A stretch of DNA of 63,875 nucleotides, counting the filler. It is 13 parts of 13 records of this genome, joined end to end, with 100 filler letters (N's around TTAATTAATTAA, not from the genome) between each part and the next. Parts side by side here need not be neighbours in the genome. Positions count along the whole stretch, not along the records: positions 23,461 to 28,535 come from SRR15195285_6451; positions 28,636 to 32,290 come from SRR15195285_6452; positions 32,391 to 36,467 come from SRR15195285_6459; positions 36,568 to 41,377 come from SRR15195285_6462; 9 more parts are not named here. One strand, written 5' to 3'. Shown here in pieces: positions 23,626 through 36,665 of the stretch. The notes under the pieces were generated by a model. The model made no database searches. It saw only the letters and a program-made list of their open reading frames with translations, and was not told where the DNA came from. The translations under genes were made by a program, and so were the position numbers. Numbering within the stretch: the first letter of the stretch is position 1; each line of letters starts with the position of its first letter.

Positions 23626-26600
23626 ATGGAGAAGCAGGAGCAGCGGCGGCAGCCGCAGCAGGAGCAGCCGCAGCAGGAGCAGGAGCAGGAGCAGCCGCAG
23701 GAACAGGAGCAGCCGCCGCAGCAGCACTTTGGCACCGGCCGGATTGGCCAGCGGAGCTACGCACCGAGCCTATACGACGCCGCCAGCCCGACGGAGCGCC
23801 TCACGTTCGCGTGGATCAGCGACCTTGTCGCGCGAGGCTATGCCACCCAGCTTGAGGACGGCGACTTGCCGGATCTGCCGCAAGGTGAGAAGACTGAGGG
23901 CATCGCCGCACTGGCGCGCCGCCACTGGCGTGAGGAGCTGGCCACAGGCGATCCGAAGCTGGTCCGCGCATTGCGCCGCATCGTGCAGCGCGACTGCTGC
24001 ATCGCAGCGCTCGCAGAGCTTGTTAAGGTCTCGCTGCAATTCTGTGGTCCAGTCATCACCAACGTGCTGGTCACCTACCTTGCCGAAACACAATCTGGCC
24101 TTCGGAGTCGCGACTGGACCCCTTGGGCGTGCGTTCTCGCGATGTTTGTCATGCCAGCGCTAGCAGGAATTGCAAAGGTCCACCAGACGAACCTGCTTAC
24201 CAACGTAGGCATACGTCTGAAGACTGCGATGACGGCGCTAGTGTTTGACAAGGCTGTGGTTCTGTCGGCCGAGGGGCGTGGCATCTGCCCCAAAGGCGAG
24301 ATGATTAATCTGGTGGCGAACGATGCCGAGAAGGTCATGATGACGGCAGTGAAATTCAACACGTTCTGGTCTGCTCCCGCCACAACTGCCGTGTGCCTAG
24401 TGCTGCTGTCCCTGGAGATCGGCGCCGGGGCAGCATTCGCAGGCTTTGCGATGCTCTGGGTTGGTTTTGTATTACTGGGTCTGATTTTCGCGAATATCGG
24501 CCGGCTCAAGGGCGAGGAGCGAAAGGAATCGGATCGCAGGGTAACAAAGATGGGCGAGTTGCTCCGAGGCATCAAGATTCTCAAGCTCTACTGCTGGGAA
24601 GAGCCGATGGCTGCACAGATCGACACTATTCGCAAGCGTGAAGTGAGCACTGTCAAGAAACAGATCCTGCTCCAGGCGGCGATGCAGATTACGCTGACAG
24701 CAACTCCGTCAATCATGGCATTGGTCGCCTTCAAGGTGTACGTTGGGAATGGAAACACTGTGACACCAGCGAAAATCTTTACCTGCCTGGTGCTCTTCGA
24801 GCTGCTGCGGTGGGCGCTGATGCAGATTCCGCAGATTATCATTGGCCTCGTTGATATCAGGGTGGCGAAAGCCCGATACACCAAGTTTCTCACGGCGCAC
24901 GAGGTCGACACATCCATGCACCTGACGGAAGGCGATGGAGACGCAGACGCGGCCGTGGAAGTGCGGGAGTGCTGTTTCAGCTGGGGTGATGCAGTAAAGC
25001 CCACGCTATCCAACATCAATGTTAGCGTCGAGTCGAAGTCGCTGTCGCTGATATGCGGTCGGGTTGGGTCCGGCAAATCGTCGCTCATCTCTGGCTTGCT
25101 TGACGAACTCCGCTGTACTTCGTCCTCGTCTGCAGACTTTGGGTACGCGATACGCGGCAAAGCTGCCTACGTGGCGCAAGAGGCTTTCATTCAAAACTTA
25201 TCTGTGAGAGAGAACATTCTCTTCGGTGCTCCTTTCGACCGGGACCGTTACGACCGTGTGGTCGAGGCTTGCTCGCTGACGAGCGATTTTGCGCTGATGC
25301 CCTCCGGAGACGCGTGTGAGATCGGAGAGCGTGGTGTCAACCTGTCAGGTAAGTGACTCCAACGCGCCAAATTGCTTGCGCGGCAGTGCTGCTCACTCCT
25401 GTTCACCTGTCAGGTGGGCAAAAGCAGAGAATCGCAATCGCACGAGCTGTCTACTCCGACGCCTCTGTGTTTCTTTTAGACGATCCACTCTCAGCTGTGG
25501 ACCCGGAGGTGGCAAATCATATCTTTAGCAATGTGATTGAGGGCATGCTCAAGGACAAAACTGTACTGTTTGTCACGCACGCCCTGAATTTTTGCCCGCG
25601 GGCTGATCAGATCATCTTCATCGATGAAGGTCGGATCGCTGCCTGTGGCTCATATAAGGAACTGATGGAGGCGAAAACAGAAGCCAACGCGTGTTTTGCT
25701 GCGTTGATTGGTGAGCACGGCATAACCGGGGGCGAAAGTGGCAACAGCAACACAGACGATGGCAGCGGTGCCGACCTAGCTGCAGTTTCGTTGAAAGAAA
25801 AGACAGCAGATGACTGGGTTGAAGAGGAATCAGCTCCAGGTGATGGGGCGTGTGTTTCAGGCGAGGAAAAGGAAGTGAAAAGTCTGGTGGAGGAGGAAGA
25901 GGTTGCTCAAGGCCAGATTGGTGCAGAGATGTACCTCTACTACTTCAACGAGGCGGGGGGCTGCTGGGTATATTCACTTCTTTTGTTCTGCGTGGTGGCG
26001 ATGCAGGCCACGATGATCGGCAGTGAGTGGTGGCTCGGCCGTTGGTCGCTAAATGCGTTCGACGAGCCAGATGCTTACTACCTGCGCATTTATGCGCTCA
26101 TCTTGAGTGGTCTAGGCGTCATCATCTCGACTCGTATCGGGGTGGTCTATAATAGAGGGTTGGTCGCTGCACAGTCTCTTCACAACCAGCTCTTGTCGCG
26201 AGTGCTCTCTGCTACTATGACCTTCATGGATTCGACACCGATTGGAAGGTGCGAAATTGTTCTCAGTAATTTCTTGCCGAATCTGACAACCCCCCGTCGT
26301 CTCGAAATGGAACGATGACCGCTGAAATGATGACCCATGGCGGTGGTGTTCTTGTCGCAGAATCCTGAACCGCTTCTCCCGTGATACTAACATTCTGGAT
26401 ACGATGGTCATGAGCATGATTGACAACATGGTCACAGTATCTGGGTGGTGCATGGCATCTGTATTAGCTATCGCAGTCATCTGCCCGCCCTTCATTGTGC
26501 CTCTGGTTCCGATGCTCCTACTGTACTATCGCTCGATGCTGTATTATCGGGCATCAGCCCGCGACACCAACCGGCTTCAATCAGTCAATACTTCGCCGCT

Positions 26601-27996
26601 CATTACACATTTTACCGAAACTCTGATGGGTATTGTGACCATTCGAGGTTTTGGCAAAGTTCCAGCATTTCTTGCTGAAAACATTGTGCTCACGGACCAC
26701 TGTCATCGACCGCTCTTTGCGAGAGAAATGGTGCGAAGATGGATGGATCTGCGACTGGAGATGATTAATGCTGGACTACAATTCTTTTGCTGCCTGTCCA
26801 TTGTGATCAGCTCAGACGTGCTCAAGCTTGGTTGGGTGGACTCCACGGCTGCTGGCCTAGCGATGAAGCAGTCCTTGGGAACGGGCGCTGTGCTTGGCTT
26901 CATCGTTATGATTGCAAGCATGGTCGAGCAGTCGATGAATAGTGTGGAGCGGATGCGCTACTACATTTCACGAGATAGTGTGCCAGTTGAGTCGGCCCGG
27001 TACAGCGATCCACAGCAGCGAAAGGCGTCGCGTCTAACGTGGAATGCTCAGGCGAAGGACCAGCCTGATCAAGGACAGCAGCCACCGCCGTCATCTTGGC
27101 CGTCCACTGGAGAGATCAGTTTCAAGTCGCTGGGTGTGACGTACGAGAGGGAACTGAAGAACCAGGATGATCTTGTGCTCTCTGGGATTACCGGCACTGT
27201 TCGATCGTGCCAACGCGTTGGCGTCGTCGGACGTACCGGTTCAGGGAAATCGACGTTGCTGACGTCTCTCTTCCGTCTAGTGGAGGCGGCCGAAGGTTCC
27301 ATAGAAATCGACGCATCGGAACTCAACGGCCTGCCCATTGCGAAGCTTGGTCTGTCGGAGTTGAGAAAACGACTGGCAATTGTTCCACAGGATGCAACTC
27401 TGTTTTCGGGCACAGTCTCTTCAAACCTGGATCCTCTAGAGCTGAACAAAAAGGACCAGGCAGGCGAAGGTCCACTATGGGAGGTGCTAGACGCGGTACA
27501 GTTAAGTGCTGCCATCAAGGCCAAAGGTGGCCTCAGCGCTGAGGTGGAGGAGGGAGGCAGCAATTTTAGCATGGGCGAGCGGCAGCTCCTCTGTATGGCC
27601 CGGGCACTGCTGCGCAAGCCGCGGGTGCTAGTGTTGGACGAAGCGACAGCGTCCGTGGATCTTGAAACAGACCGAATGATCCAGCTGTGCATTCGTGAGC
27701 GTTTCTCGGACTGCACGTGCTTAGTAATTGCGCACAGGATTGCTACAGTGATAGATAGTGACGCTGTAATGGTACTTGACGGTGGGAAACTGATTGAGTT
27801 TGACTCGCCAGCGGCGTTGTTGCGGAAACCGGGTGGCTATTTTTCAGCTATGTGCGCCGAGTATGGGGAGGTAATGATGGCCGATCTCCGGCGCCAGGCG
27901 GAGACGGCTGAAGCCCGCACAAAAGCTGCAGTGTGTGCGCCGGTGCGTGGTCAAGAAGCGAGCGGACGGCCTACGCAAGAGCGCGCTCAACCGTAG
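23626..27996 (+). CDS. ABCC (MRP-type) full ABC transporter, two introns
   Basis: TMD1, NBD1 (GRVGSGKSS; NLSG|GQKQR; LLDDPLSAVD), TMD2 (TPIG|RILNRFSRD) and NBD2 (GRTGSGKST; FSMGERQL; LDEATASVD). Confidence 0.96.
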
Positions 27997-28086
27997 ACAT
28001 ACCAATGCCAGTACCAGTACCGGTATCAGCTACCCAATCCGATCTGATTGCTTTACGCTACAGCCTCCGTTGTTCCCCGCGCACCA

Positions 28087-28535
28087 TCATGCACACGTTG
28101 ACCCGCTGCAACGAAATTCCAATGCGACCATTGCGTGGAGTTCATTCTTGACTGCGTCCGGCACATTTTGGTAGATGTTCGTGAGCTGATGCGGATCGGC
28201 ATCAAGATCGAAAAATTCATAGAACTTGTAAGAATAAGGATTGAGAATGCCTGGGGGAGAGCTGTAGTTCTCATAGTTCCAGTCAATCAGGCTGGTGTAC
28301 TCGGCGTAGAGGGCATTTCCATGCGCGCGTGAGTCCACAAATCTGATTGCGCGATACGTATGTGATACTGGGTCGTCTATCAAGTGATCTCCTTTGATGA
28401 TACTTCCCCCTCCACGCCACAAATTGCCCAGAGAGTTGTATTCGGAGTAGTGAAAGTCGCGCCAGGGCTTCTCGAAATCACTTGTACCAGCAACACGACC
28501 ATCGCCACCGTTGCTGCTGCTGCTGCTGCTGCTGC
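28087..28535 (-). CDS. Sulfatase C-terminal fragment (N-acetylglucosamine-6-sulfatase-like), 5'-partial
   Basis: 'TYRAIR', 'LYAEY', 'EFFDLDADPHQLTNIY' and terminal 'CSGSTCA'. The contig breaks in a (GCT)n run. Confidence 0.8.
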
Positions 28536-28635
28536 NNNNNNNNNNNNNNNNNNNNNNNNNNNNNNNNNNNNNNNNNNNNTTAATTAATTAANNNNNNNNN
28601 NNNNNNNNNNNNNNNNNNNNNNNNNNNNNNNNNNN

Positions 28636-31600
28636 TCTTCTCGTGGTGAGATCTGATGCATACGGCTGCACCATGCTGTCGACGTTCTGGCCGACCACGA
28701 GGGGCATTTCTAAACGAGTTGCAACGAAGTCCTTCCCAGCTCCCTCGGTCTCGAGCGAGATGGCGCCAATAGTTTCCCCTGTCAGTCGCGGCCGTGGCTC
28801 CGCAGCCCACAAAAATTCAAGCGCTGACAAGTCCTGGTCCACAGCAAAGGACACTGACTGACGGCAGCGCGGGTCTGGCTGATTCAGCACAATTGAGACA
28901 GTGTGCATTCCTCTCGTGGCGAGTTCTGCCTCGCCGTAATCCCCAAGCGTGAGACAAATTGAGTTCCTGGTCTCATTGGCAGACACTAGGAACCACGGTG
29001 TCGTTAGCGGTATGTTCTCGAACTGGCCTCTAGCCTGCCGCATGCTGAAGTTCCGGAGAGCAACACTGTTAGGGCCAACCACCTGGTCACCATCAAAGAT
29101 GAAGCCAGCAAAATGGCCGGCGTTCCAAAAGTTCATTAACCTCGTCCAGTTTGTGTTGAGCAGTCTGAATATATCCACTGGTTTTCGCTCTCCTGTCAGT
29201 ACAACGTGCGCGCCACTAGCTATCGCCGAGTTGTAGGCGTGTGTTGTGTCACTTGGCGCTTTGACTGCAGCACCAGCCGATGAATTTTCGGGCTTCTGTA
29301 AATCTGTTGCATGACGAAGCAACACAGTCACGTGAATGCTCCGGGCAACAGTCGTGACAACTTCAGCTGAAGTCCCCCCAGGCTGTGTGTCGACGCGGTG
29401 TGCCAGAGGTAGACCTGTGATTGTGTCAAAGACAGAGCTTACTTGACCTTCATATAGTGGCACGCGAAGAATCAAAACGCGCCGAGATGCTGGCACATTC
29501 AGCGAGTAGGTACGGTTGCTAGCGTTACCAGAGATCTGTATACTGATGCCCGAGGGCAGCCGTAGAGATGCAGCCGTCCAGCTGGATGGAACAGCAGGGC
29601 TCCACCTCAAAGCCATCGTCGCATTCTGCCCTGAACCTGGGTTGAGGCCGAAGAGACCTCGAATTATTGCGAGGACCAGCGACCCAGCAGGGTTCCCAAA
29701 CTGTGAGTCACCAGAACCACGACCATCGAGAGACACATACTCCATCACATTGCCTGGAGCGTTCGAGCGGGCAGTTGCTGTGGCCGAGACGCCTTCTAGT
29801 AGGCTGATACCCTTGTCAATGAGCTGCCCCTGCAGCAATGCTTCCGACATCTCGGCCATAGCAACAACTGAGGGTACGCTATTACCAAACAAAATTGGCA
29901 GCATATTGCCAACTCGTAACCTCGGGTGCGGACACGACTCGTCTGCTGGCATCCATAGATTTGAGGACTCCACCGACAGCAGCGTGTGGTAAGTCATATT
30001 GGCTGGAAGCAACGAGCGAGCGTATAGCGACGGGAAAGCCAGATCTGTGTAGTACAGCACACGCTCCGTCTGTGTGAAGTTCTGAAAATCGCGGAGTGAG
30101 GCAAAACGCTGCTTGTCTGGAAGCCACAGCAGCTTGATCACCTCAGCGGCCATGTACCTCGCCTGCTGCTTGTACCGCGATGCGAGTGTGTGGTTTGGCA
30201 GCATCTGCGCCAGTCGGTCCAATACACCGGCCATGAATATCGTCGGTGATAGTGCTGCGCCGGGTAGATTCAAGTGATCCGACTGATACAGAAACTCGTT
30301 TCCACCAGACCAGAATCCAAGCATCTGATCGCCATCGGGATCTAGACCTAGCAACAGCTCATCCAACACACGGCAGCCTCCACATCGTGTCATGACATCT
30401 GTGACAAGATCGTCGTCACCAGTCGCACGCCAGTAACGATACAGAGACAACAAAAAATAAGGCAGCCCAGCCGGGCGGGTATCGGCATTGCTACCAGATG
30501 CAGTGTAGATGCTGCCGAGGCCACCTGGTCGGTGCGCAAAGAACATGATTGCGTCGCGTGCACGTTGGAGCCACTTCCCCCCGAGATGCACCGCAGCATC
30601 CACCTGGTAGTTGTTGCACCAGTAACTTTTCCAGCCCTGCAGGCCCTCAAACCAAGCCTTCCCTGGCTCATATGTACTCTCCAAGCCGGAGATCGCCGCA
30701 GCAAATGCAGAGTCAATCAGTGGCATCGGTGTGGAGATTGCGAAGCCGTCAACCTGTGGCTCACTAGCAGTGTAAGTACATCTCCCGGCACCACCGAAAC
30801 ACATCCGCATCATCCTGCTCCATGTCGCCGTTGCTCGCAGATGCACACCCATCGCTGCATCTTGTGTCACCACCGGTCCTGAGGCTGGCGTGTCAAACAG
30901 GCGCCAGTGTGAGGTATTCACTACTGTTCGTGTGACGCCGCTCGTTTCAAAGGTGAGGTTGGCCGATAGCAGCACAGACTGCCCTCCAACGGACAAAGCA
31001 TTGCCGACCTCTTGTGCCACGTTCGAAGGGAAAAAATCGGGAAAAGTGTAGCCGTTCGTTGGGCAGACGGCCATGCCCCCAAACCAGGCCTCAACATTGA
31101 CGCTCGGTGAGCTTTTGCAGGTCAGGCTGATTCCGGTGCCAGTCTCGGCCAGGTCAGCCGTCAGGTTTACCCAGAGCTCCGAAGCAGCAGGCCATGGCTG
31201 GCAGCTGTGAGTCGTGCCCAATGAGTGGTAAGTGGTCGTCATCCTTGCCCCTATCGCAGCGTCCAGCCATGTTCGGTTGAGCCCAGGGGCGCTGACAACA
31301 AAACGCAGGTCCCCGAGCTTGAACCACGGTGGATTCATATCCGCCGAGAGAGGCGACGTGCCCAGCGCAAACCAAGGCAGGTCGCCTGAAAACAAGGCCA
31401 AGGGCGACCGCCTCGAGACGGCATTAAACGCCGCGGGAGTATCGTGTGGAAGCGACTTCCCCTCGACGAAGGCGTTACTAATCGCTGCCACGTAGCGCGA
31501 GTGGGTGAAGTCGTAGGGAGCTCCCACCACCCAGTCCATCGTCGTCGATGTTGCTGCTAGCGGTGTTGCGGGCACTACATGTATGGCGTACCCAACCAGC

Positions 31601-31656
31601 TGGCCTGCGCAGCCAATGGCCGCAAGGAGCAGCAGGGCCAGGTTAACACGACTCAT
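28636..31656 (-). CDS. Secreted six-hairpin glycosidase-like protein, 3'-partial
   Basis: Signal peptide, 'YFLLSLYRYWRATGDDDLV', 'LDPDGD' and 'IIRGLFGL...WSPAVPSSW', typical of (alpha/alpha)6-barrel glycoside hydrolases. Family not assignable. Confidence 0.7.
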
Positions 31657-32572
31657 CCGTCCTCGCCGGCTAGCGTACAGTTAGTACGATCAAAGCGACG
31701 TCGTCGTACCCGGCGTACTACAGCCGTATTATACGTAGTACCGCGGTACGTACTAGGAGTACGCGTACAGGGCAACTACGCCCGGCGAACGCGTTCCTTC
31801 GTTCGCTGGTACCGGTACACGCGTACAGTACCGCTGGGTACCATATCCGCCATCCGCGCCGCTGCGTGCGTGAGTGCGCATCCATCCCGCGGCTACGAGA
31901 GTCTGCGTGTGACGGTGCCTGCATGATCGCGCCGGCGCCCGCGATGTATGCATGTGCGCGGCGCCGCCGGCGCCGCCGCGGCGGCCGGCACCGCGCCGGC
32001 CTGTGGCCGGATGACGATCACAGTGCCCAGGTCGCCACCGTGGAAGAAGAATTGGCCAAAGAAGTTAGAACCAAACGAAACGCCAAAACGACCCTTGCTC
32101 GAGGCACGTGGTGCCCCAAGGTGGGTCCACGCTGCCCAGCCCCCTCCGGCCCCCCAAGACGGTTCTGCATACTCAAACGCGAACCTCCCGACTTCGTTCG
32201 AAGCACAACGTTTGAAGCACATAGCCTTGTCCTTTGTTTGGCTGTCTAACCCCACTCAGCAGTGCTAGCCATCAGTGCTGGTATTCAAAGNNNNNNNNNN
32301 NNNNNNNNNNNNNNNNNNNNNNNNNNNNNNNNNNTTAATTAATTAANNNNNNNNNNNNNNNNNNNNNNNNNNNNNNNNNNNNNNNNNNNNGCGGAGTGAA
32401 AACAACACCAATTTCAGTAGCAATGCGCAATAACAATGCAGCGACTCGAGGTGGTCCGAGGGGAGCACTGCATTGATCAGTGAGTTTTCCGTACTCCCAA
32501 CCCACCCTCTGAGGAGTGATCACCCTCTTTTGCGTGCCCCCATACAGTTGACTGGGGGTGAGGTCCATCGCC

Positions 32573-35500
32573 ATGGAGGGCGGCGGCGAGGTTGAGCTCG
32601 AGCCGTGCGTGCGGGATGTGGCGGAGGGCGGGGTGCTGACGATGTACCTCGCGACGGGGAAGAAGAAGCACAAGCGGTACTTCTGGGTGGATGTGCAGAG
32701 CGGGCTGATCATGTGGGACAAGAAGAAGAAGTACCCGCCGAACAAGGTGGAGCAGCTCGTCGGGGTGGAGGCCAGGCCCGCAGTGCGCGACGCGAAGGAG
32801 TGGTTCAGGGCCATCGACGCGGACGGGAGCGGGCAGCTAAACAGTGACGAGCTGGCGACGCTGTACATGCGCGCAACCGGGGAAAAGCTTGGTAAGAAGC
32901 AGCTGAAGCAAGCCATGCACGAGATGGACACCGATGGTAGCGGCGCCATCAGCTTCGAAGAGTTTGCGAAGTGGTGGCACAGCAACGGGGGTGACCTGGA
33001 GAAGCACAGAGATCTGGCGCTGACAGTGCAGACCGTGGAAGTCACACTTCTTCTAGTCGCGCAGGACGCTGACACGAAACGTCGCTGGGTCCAAGGTCTG
33101 ACGGCCGTAATACGTCTAGTGGCCAACACGCGGTCACCCAGCCGCGCGGATAGCGTGGACGGTTTCGGTGGGCTCCAACACCCGGAGGCTTGGTTTCAGT
33201 GCCAGACAGCCAAAGCACGAGACGGAGCTCAGACGATTCTCGCCCACGGCATCCCCGTGATGGTTGCTGTGCTGCCGCAAGGGGTGGAGATCCGCAAAGA
33301 GGCTACCGGCGAGCTCCTTGCCGCAATTCGGCAAAGTGCGATTCACAGTTCTCAGCTGACGCGCAAGGGATTGCTGGTGTACGTAACAGAGGGTGTGTCT
33401 GGTAGAGCACTACCGGCAGGCTCTGTGCAGGTGCTGGCACTTGATACCAAGCATGCAGAGGAGATGGAAGAGCAGATTGCATTTATCGGCGCGGGGATGG
33501 CGGATCGCTCGCCTGCATCTGGAGGTACCGCTAGGGACGGCTCGGCGCTGCCACCGCCGTCTCCGAGCGACGTCGTCGACGACGCTGGAACCGACGAAGA
33601 AGGATTTGAAGCAACGATGCAGCCCGAGTTTTTCGGCCAGCTTCCTGACGACACAGCGGTGGGCATCGGTGTCGATGAACGAGGCCTTGCCCTGATTGAA
33701 CTCCAGTCTAATTATGTTTGGGAGTTTTTCGACCTGTACACAATACGTGGGTGGGGTGCAAATGAGGAGCAGCTCCAGGTCGTTACTGCCGCAACTGATG
33801 GTGGTGGCGACACGATTCTCAGCTTGTTTACAGAGCAAGGTGCTGAGATCATCGCAAAGCTCAAGTATTTCGCAGAGCAACTTGCTGCAAAACAGCAGGC
33901 GTCAGCTGAATCGGTTGAGGACGATGTCGGTCTTGCCACCGGCGACAATCTGCCCGCGGGTTGGGAGAGTGCGGTATCGGAGAGCACTGGGCACACTTAC
34001 TACATCAATGCTAAGACAGGAGAGTCCACGTATGAGCGGCCGACGGTGCCAGTCAGTGCCGAAGACTCCGGGTGGACTACTCTGCCCGATGGGTGGGAAG
34101 AGCACGTCTCACAGGAGGGTCACACATATTATTTCAACGTGACTACCGGAGAGTCCACGTACGACAGGCCAGGGGCTACTGCCAGCTCGCCAGACACACG
34201 TACACCCGCGGGTGGTGAGCGTTCCTTCGTCGCTGATGACAGCGAATTAGACCAGTGGCCTCTGCCAGACGGCTGGGAAATTCGATTTTCGAGGTCGACC
34301 GGAGCAAAATATTACGCCAACGATATGGCTGGTCAGAGTACGTATGATCGACCCGTACCCTCTCTCCCCCCGGCGGAAGGCGGGCCTTTCGTTGCCAATT
34401 TCACAGAGGATGCACCTCTTGGGCTTGCGTTCAAAAGGACACAAGGCTCGGCATCCAGAACGGCGCAAATAGTAGTGGATGCCAACAAAGCTGAGGGAGG
34501 GGTACTCACCGACGGAGGTCAGGCAGCGGCTGCGCATATTCTACCAGGAGATGTCTTGTACAGTGTGCAAGGTGAGCTGGTGTCTTCGGGCGAGGCCCCG
34601 GATATGTCGGAGGTCGCCAAGCTAATTTCCCATATGGGACGACCGCTGCAACTAGTCTTGGTGCGCGCAGCCCCAAGCCAAGAGCCGGTTGCACACTCCG
34701 TGCCCGAGTCACAGCAGTCAACTGCCGCGGCTCAACCAGAACAACCACAGCCAAAGTCAGAGCCGTCTGAACAGGACGATGCGTGGTGGAGAAAGGAGTC
34801 CGCTGAGCTCGGGCCGCCTGCTGGGCCGGCTACACCGGTGAAGCCAACAGACAGTTCGAGCCCCGCTTCCACAACACCCGCGGCAGCTGATCAGCCTGCC
34901 ACACCTGCTGCTGCTGACCAATCACCCCAGAGCGCTGCCTCCGTATCCTTGTCTTCACCTGGGCTTGGTGACGCCAGCGCTTTGCTGCTGACACCGCACC
35001 ACGGTTTGGCTGCTCCCGAGGAAGACGAGCCGCACGATTTTCCTGATCTGGACATAGGTGTTGCCCGTGCGGGTAAAGACGGCACTACTGTACTCGCGGC
35101 CCACACGAAGGACGTGCTGTCACTGGTATTGATCGAATCACTATCAAACAGCAGCGCCATAGGATCTGCATCGATTGCAAGTGGGTCAGAAGATGGGACA
35201 ATCCGTGTGTGGGACTTGGGTCCTGCGGGCACGCTTCCCACCAATACTGCAACACTTCAACGCCACAGAGGAGCAGTTCGCGCCCTTGCGACGTTTGCTG
35301 ATAAAGGAAACAGATGGCTGGTGAGCGGCGGCTGTGATAAGACTGTCAGGCTCTGGGAGGCTGGTGGTGGAAAGCACTGGAGTTTGGCACACACCCTACG
35401 AGGTCATACTGATGACATTAACACAGTTGCGGTTATAAGGAGCTCAAGCACTGCCAACCGGCTGGCCAGTGGTGGGGACGATATGTCCATCCGACTCTGG

Positions 35501-36467
35501 GTAGAGGATGTTAGCGCCTGGAAATGCGTCGGAATGTGCCGGAGCCGAACGCTTTGGGTGACGGCTGTGCAAGAGTTATCGAGCAGTCTGCTAGCCGCAG
35601 CGGACGGCGACGGTGGCATTTCAGTGTGGTCGCTTGAGTCAGGATCAGATGCATCGGGATTGGAACTGAAGCCCAAACGCCAAGGCGCGCTCGTCGGGCA
35701 CAAGGAAACTGTGTGGGTGCTAGAGTCGTTCCGGTGGAATGGAGCGACAAGACTACTAGCGAGTGCATCTGCTGACAAAACCATTCAGGTGTGGCACCAG
35801 CCAAGAGAACAGAATGCCGACGACGAAAACCCACCGCAGGAGTCGGAGTTTAAGAGTGTTCTCAAGTTTCGTGGACCTGTGGTTAGACGGAGCGTAAACG
35901 CGTTGGCATTCATTCCCTCAGCGCTTGACGAGTCGATATGTGCACATGCGGACTGGAATCTGGCTACGGAGACGATGGTGCTTGACAAGCTACAGTTGGC
36001 AAGCGGCGGTGATGATGGACAGGTCACAATTTGGGCCTTGCAGTACGAGTGGCAGTTTGGAATGTCATTTTGGAACTACAACAAGGTCGCCAGCATCGAT
36101 ATCGAAGGCCCTACTAGCTCTGTACACTCGCTATCAGTAGTTGGCAGCCAAATTGTTGTCGGGCGAAGCGATGGAGTGGTAACCTTGTTGCCGACTCCGG
36201 TAGACCCGACGGCCGCTGACCGGAAGCATGCTCCAAAGCTTGAGATATCGTCTGCGCCGAAACTTGATCCCGTCGGCCTTGCTGTGCCAGCCCGATCTAA
36301 TATGCCATCTCTCGACGACAGCGACGACAGCGACGACAGCGATGACAGCGATGGTGGGCCGCTAGTTCCAGCAGGCCGCGCGGTGCCTCCGCCTCCGGCA
36401 AGCGCTGCAGCTATCAAACTGAAGGCTGTAAGCCCATCGCCAGCAGCACCAGCAGCTGCACCAGCCA
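32573..36467 (+). CDS. Multidomain signalling scaffold (split PH, EF-hand pair, PTB/FERM-C-like, WW x3, PDZ, WD40), 3'-partial
   Basis: EF loops DADGSGQLNSDE and DTDGSGAISFEE; three 'LP.GWE....G..YY.N...G.STY.RP' WW domains; PDZ 'PLGLAF...ILPGDVLYSVQG'; repeated 'ASGG.D.T(I/V)R.W' WD40 units. Confidence 0.9.
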
Positions 36468-36665
36468 NNNNNNNNNNNNNNNNNNNNNNNNNNNNNNNNN
36501 NNNNNNNNNNNTTAATTAATTAANNNNNNNNNNNNNNNNNNNNNNNNNNNNNNNNNNNNNNNNNNNNTAGAGGGCACACAGCCAGGGGCATTGACCCCTC
36601 CCGTCACCGCCCCCCGCTGCTGCGGCACTGAGCTCAGCCCTGCGACGCTGCCTACTGGAGCTGCC

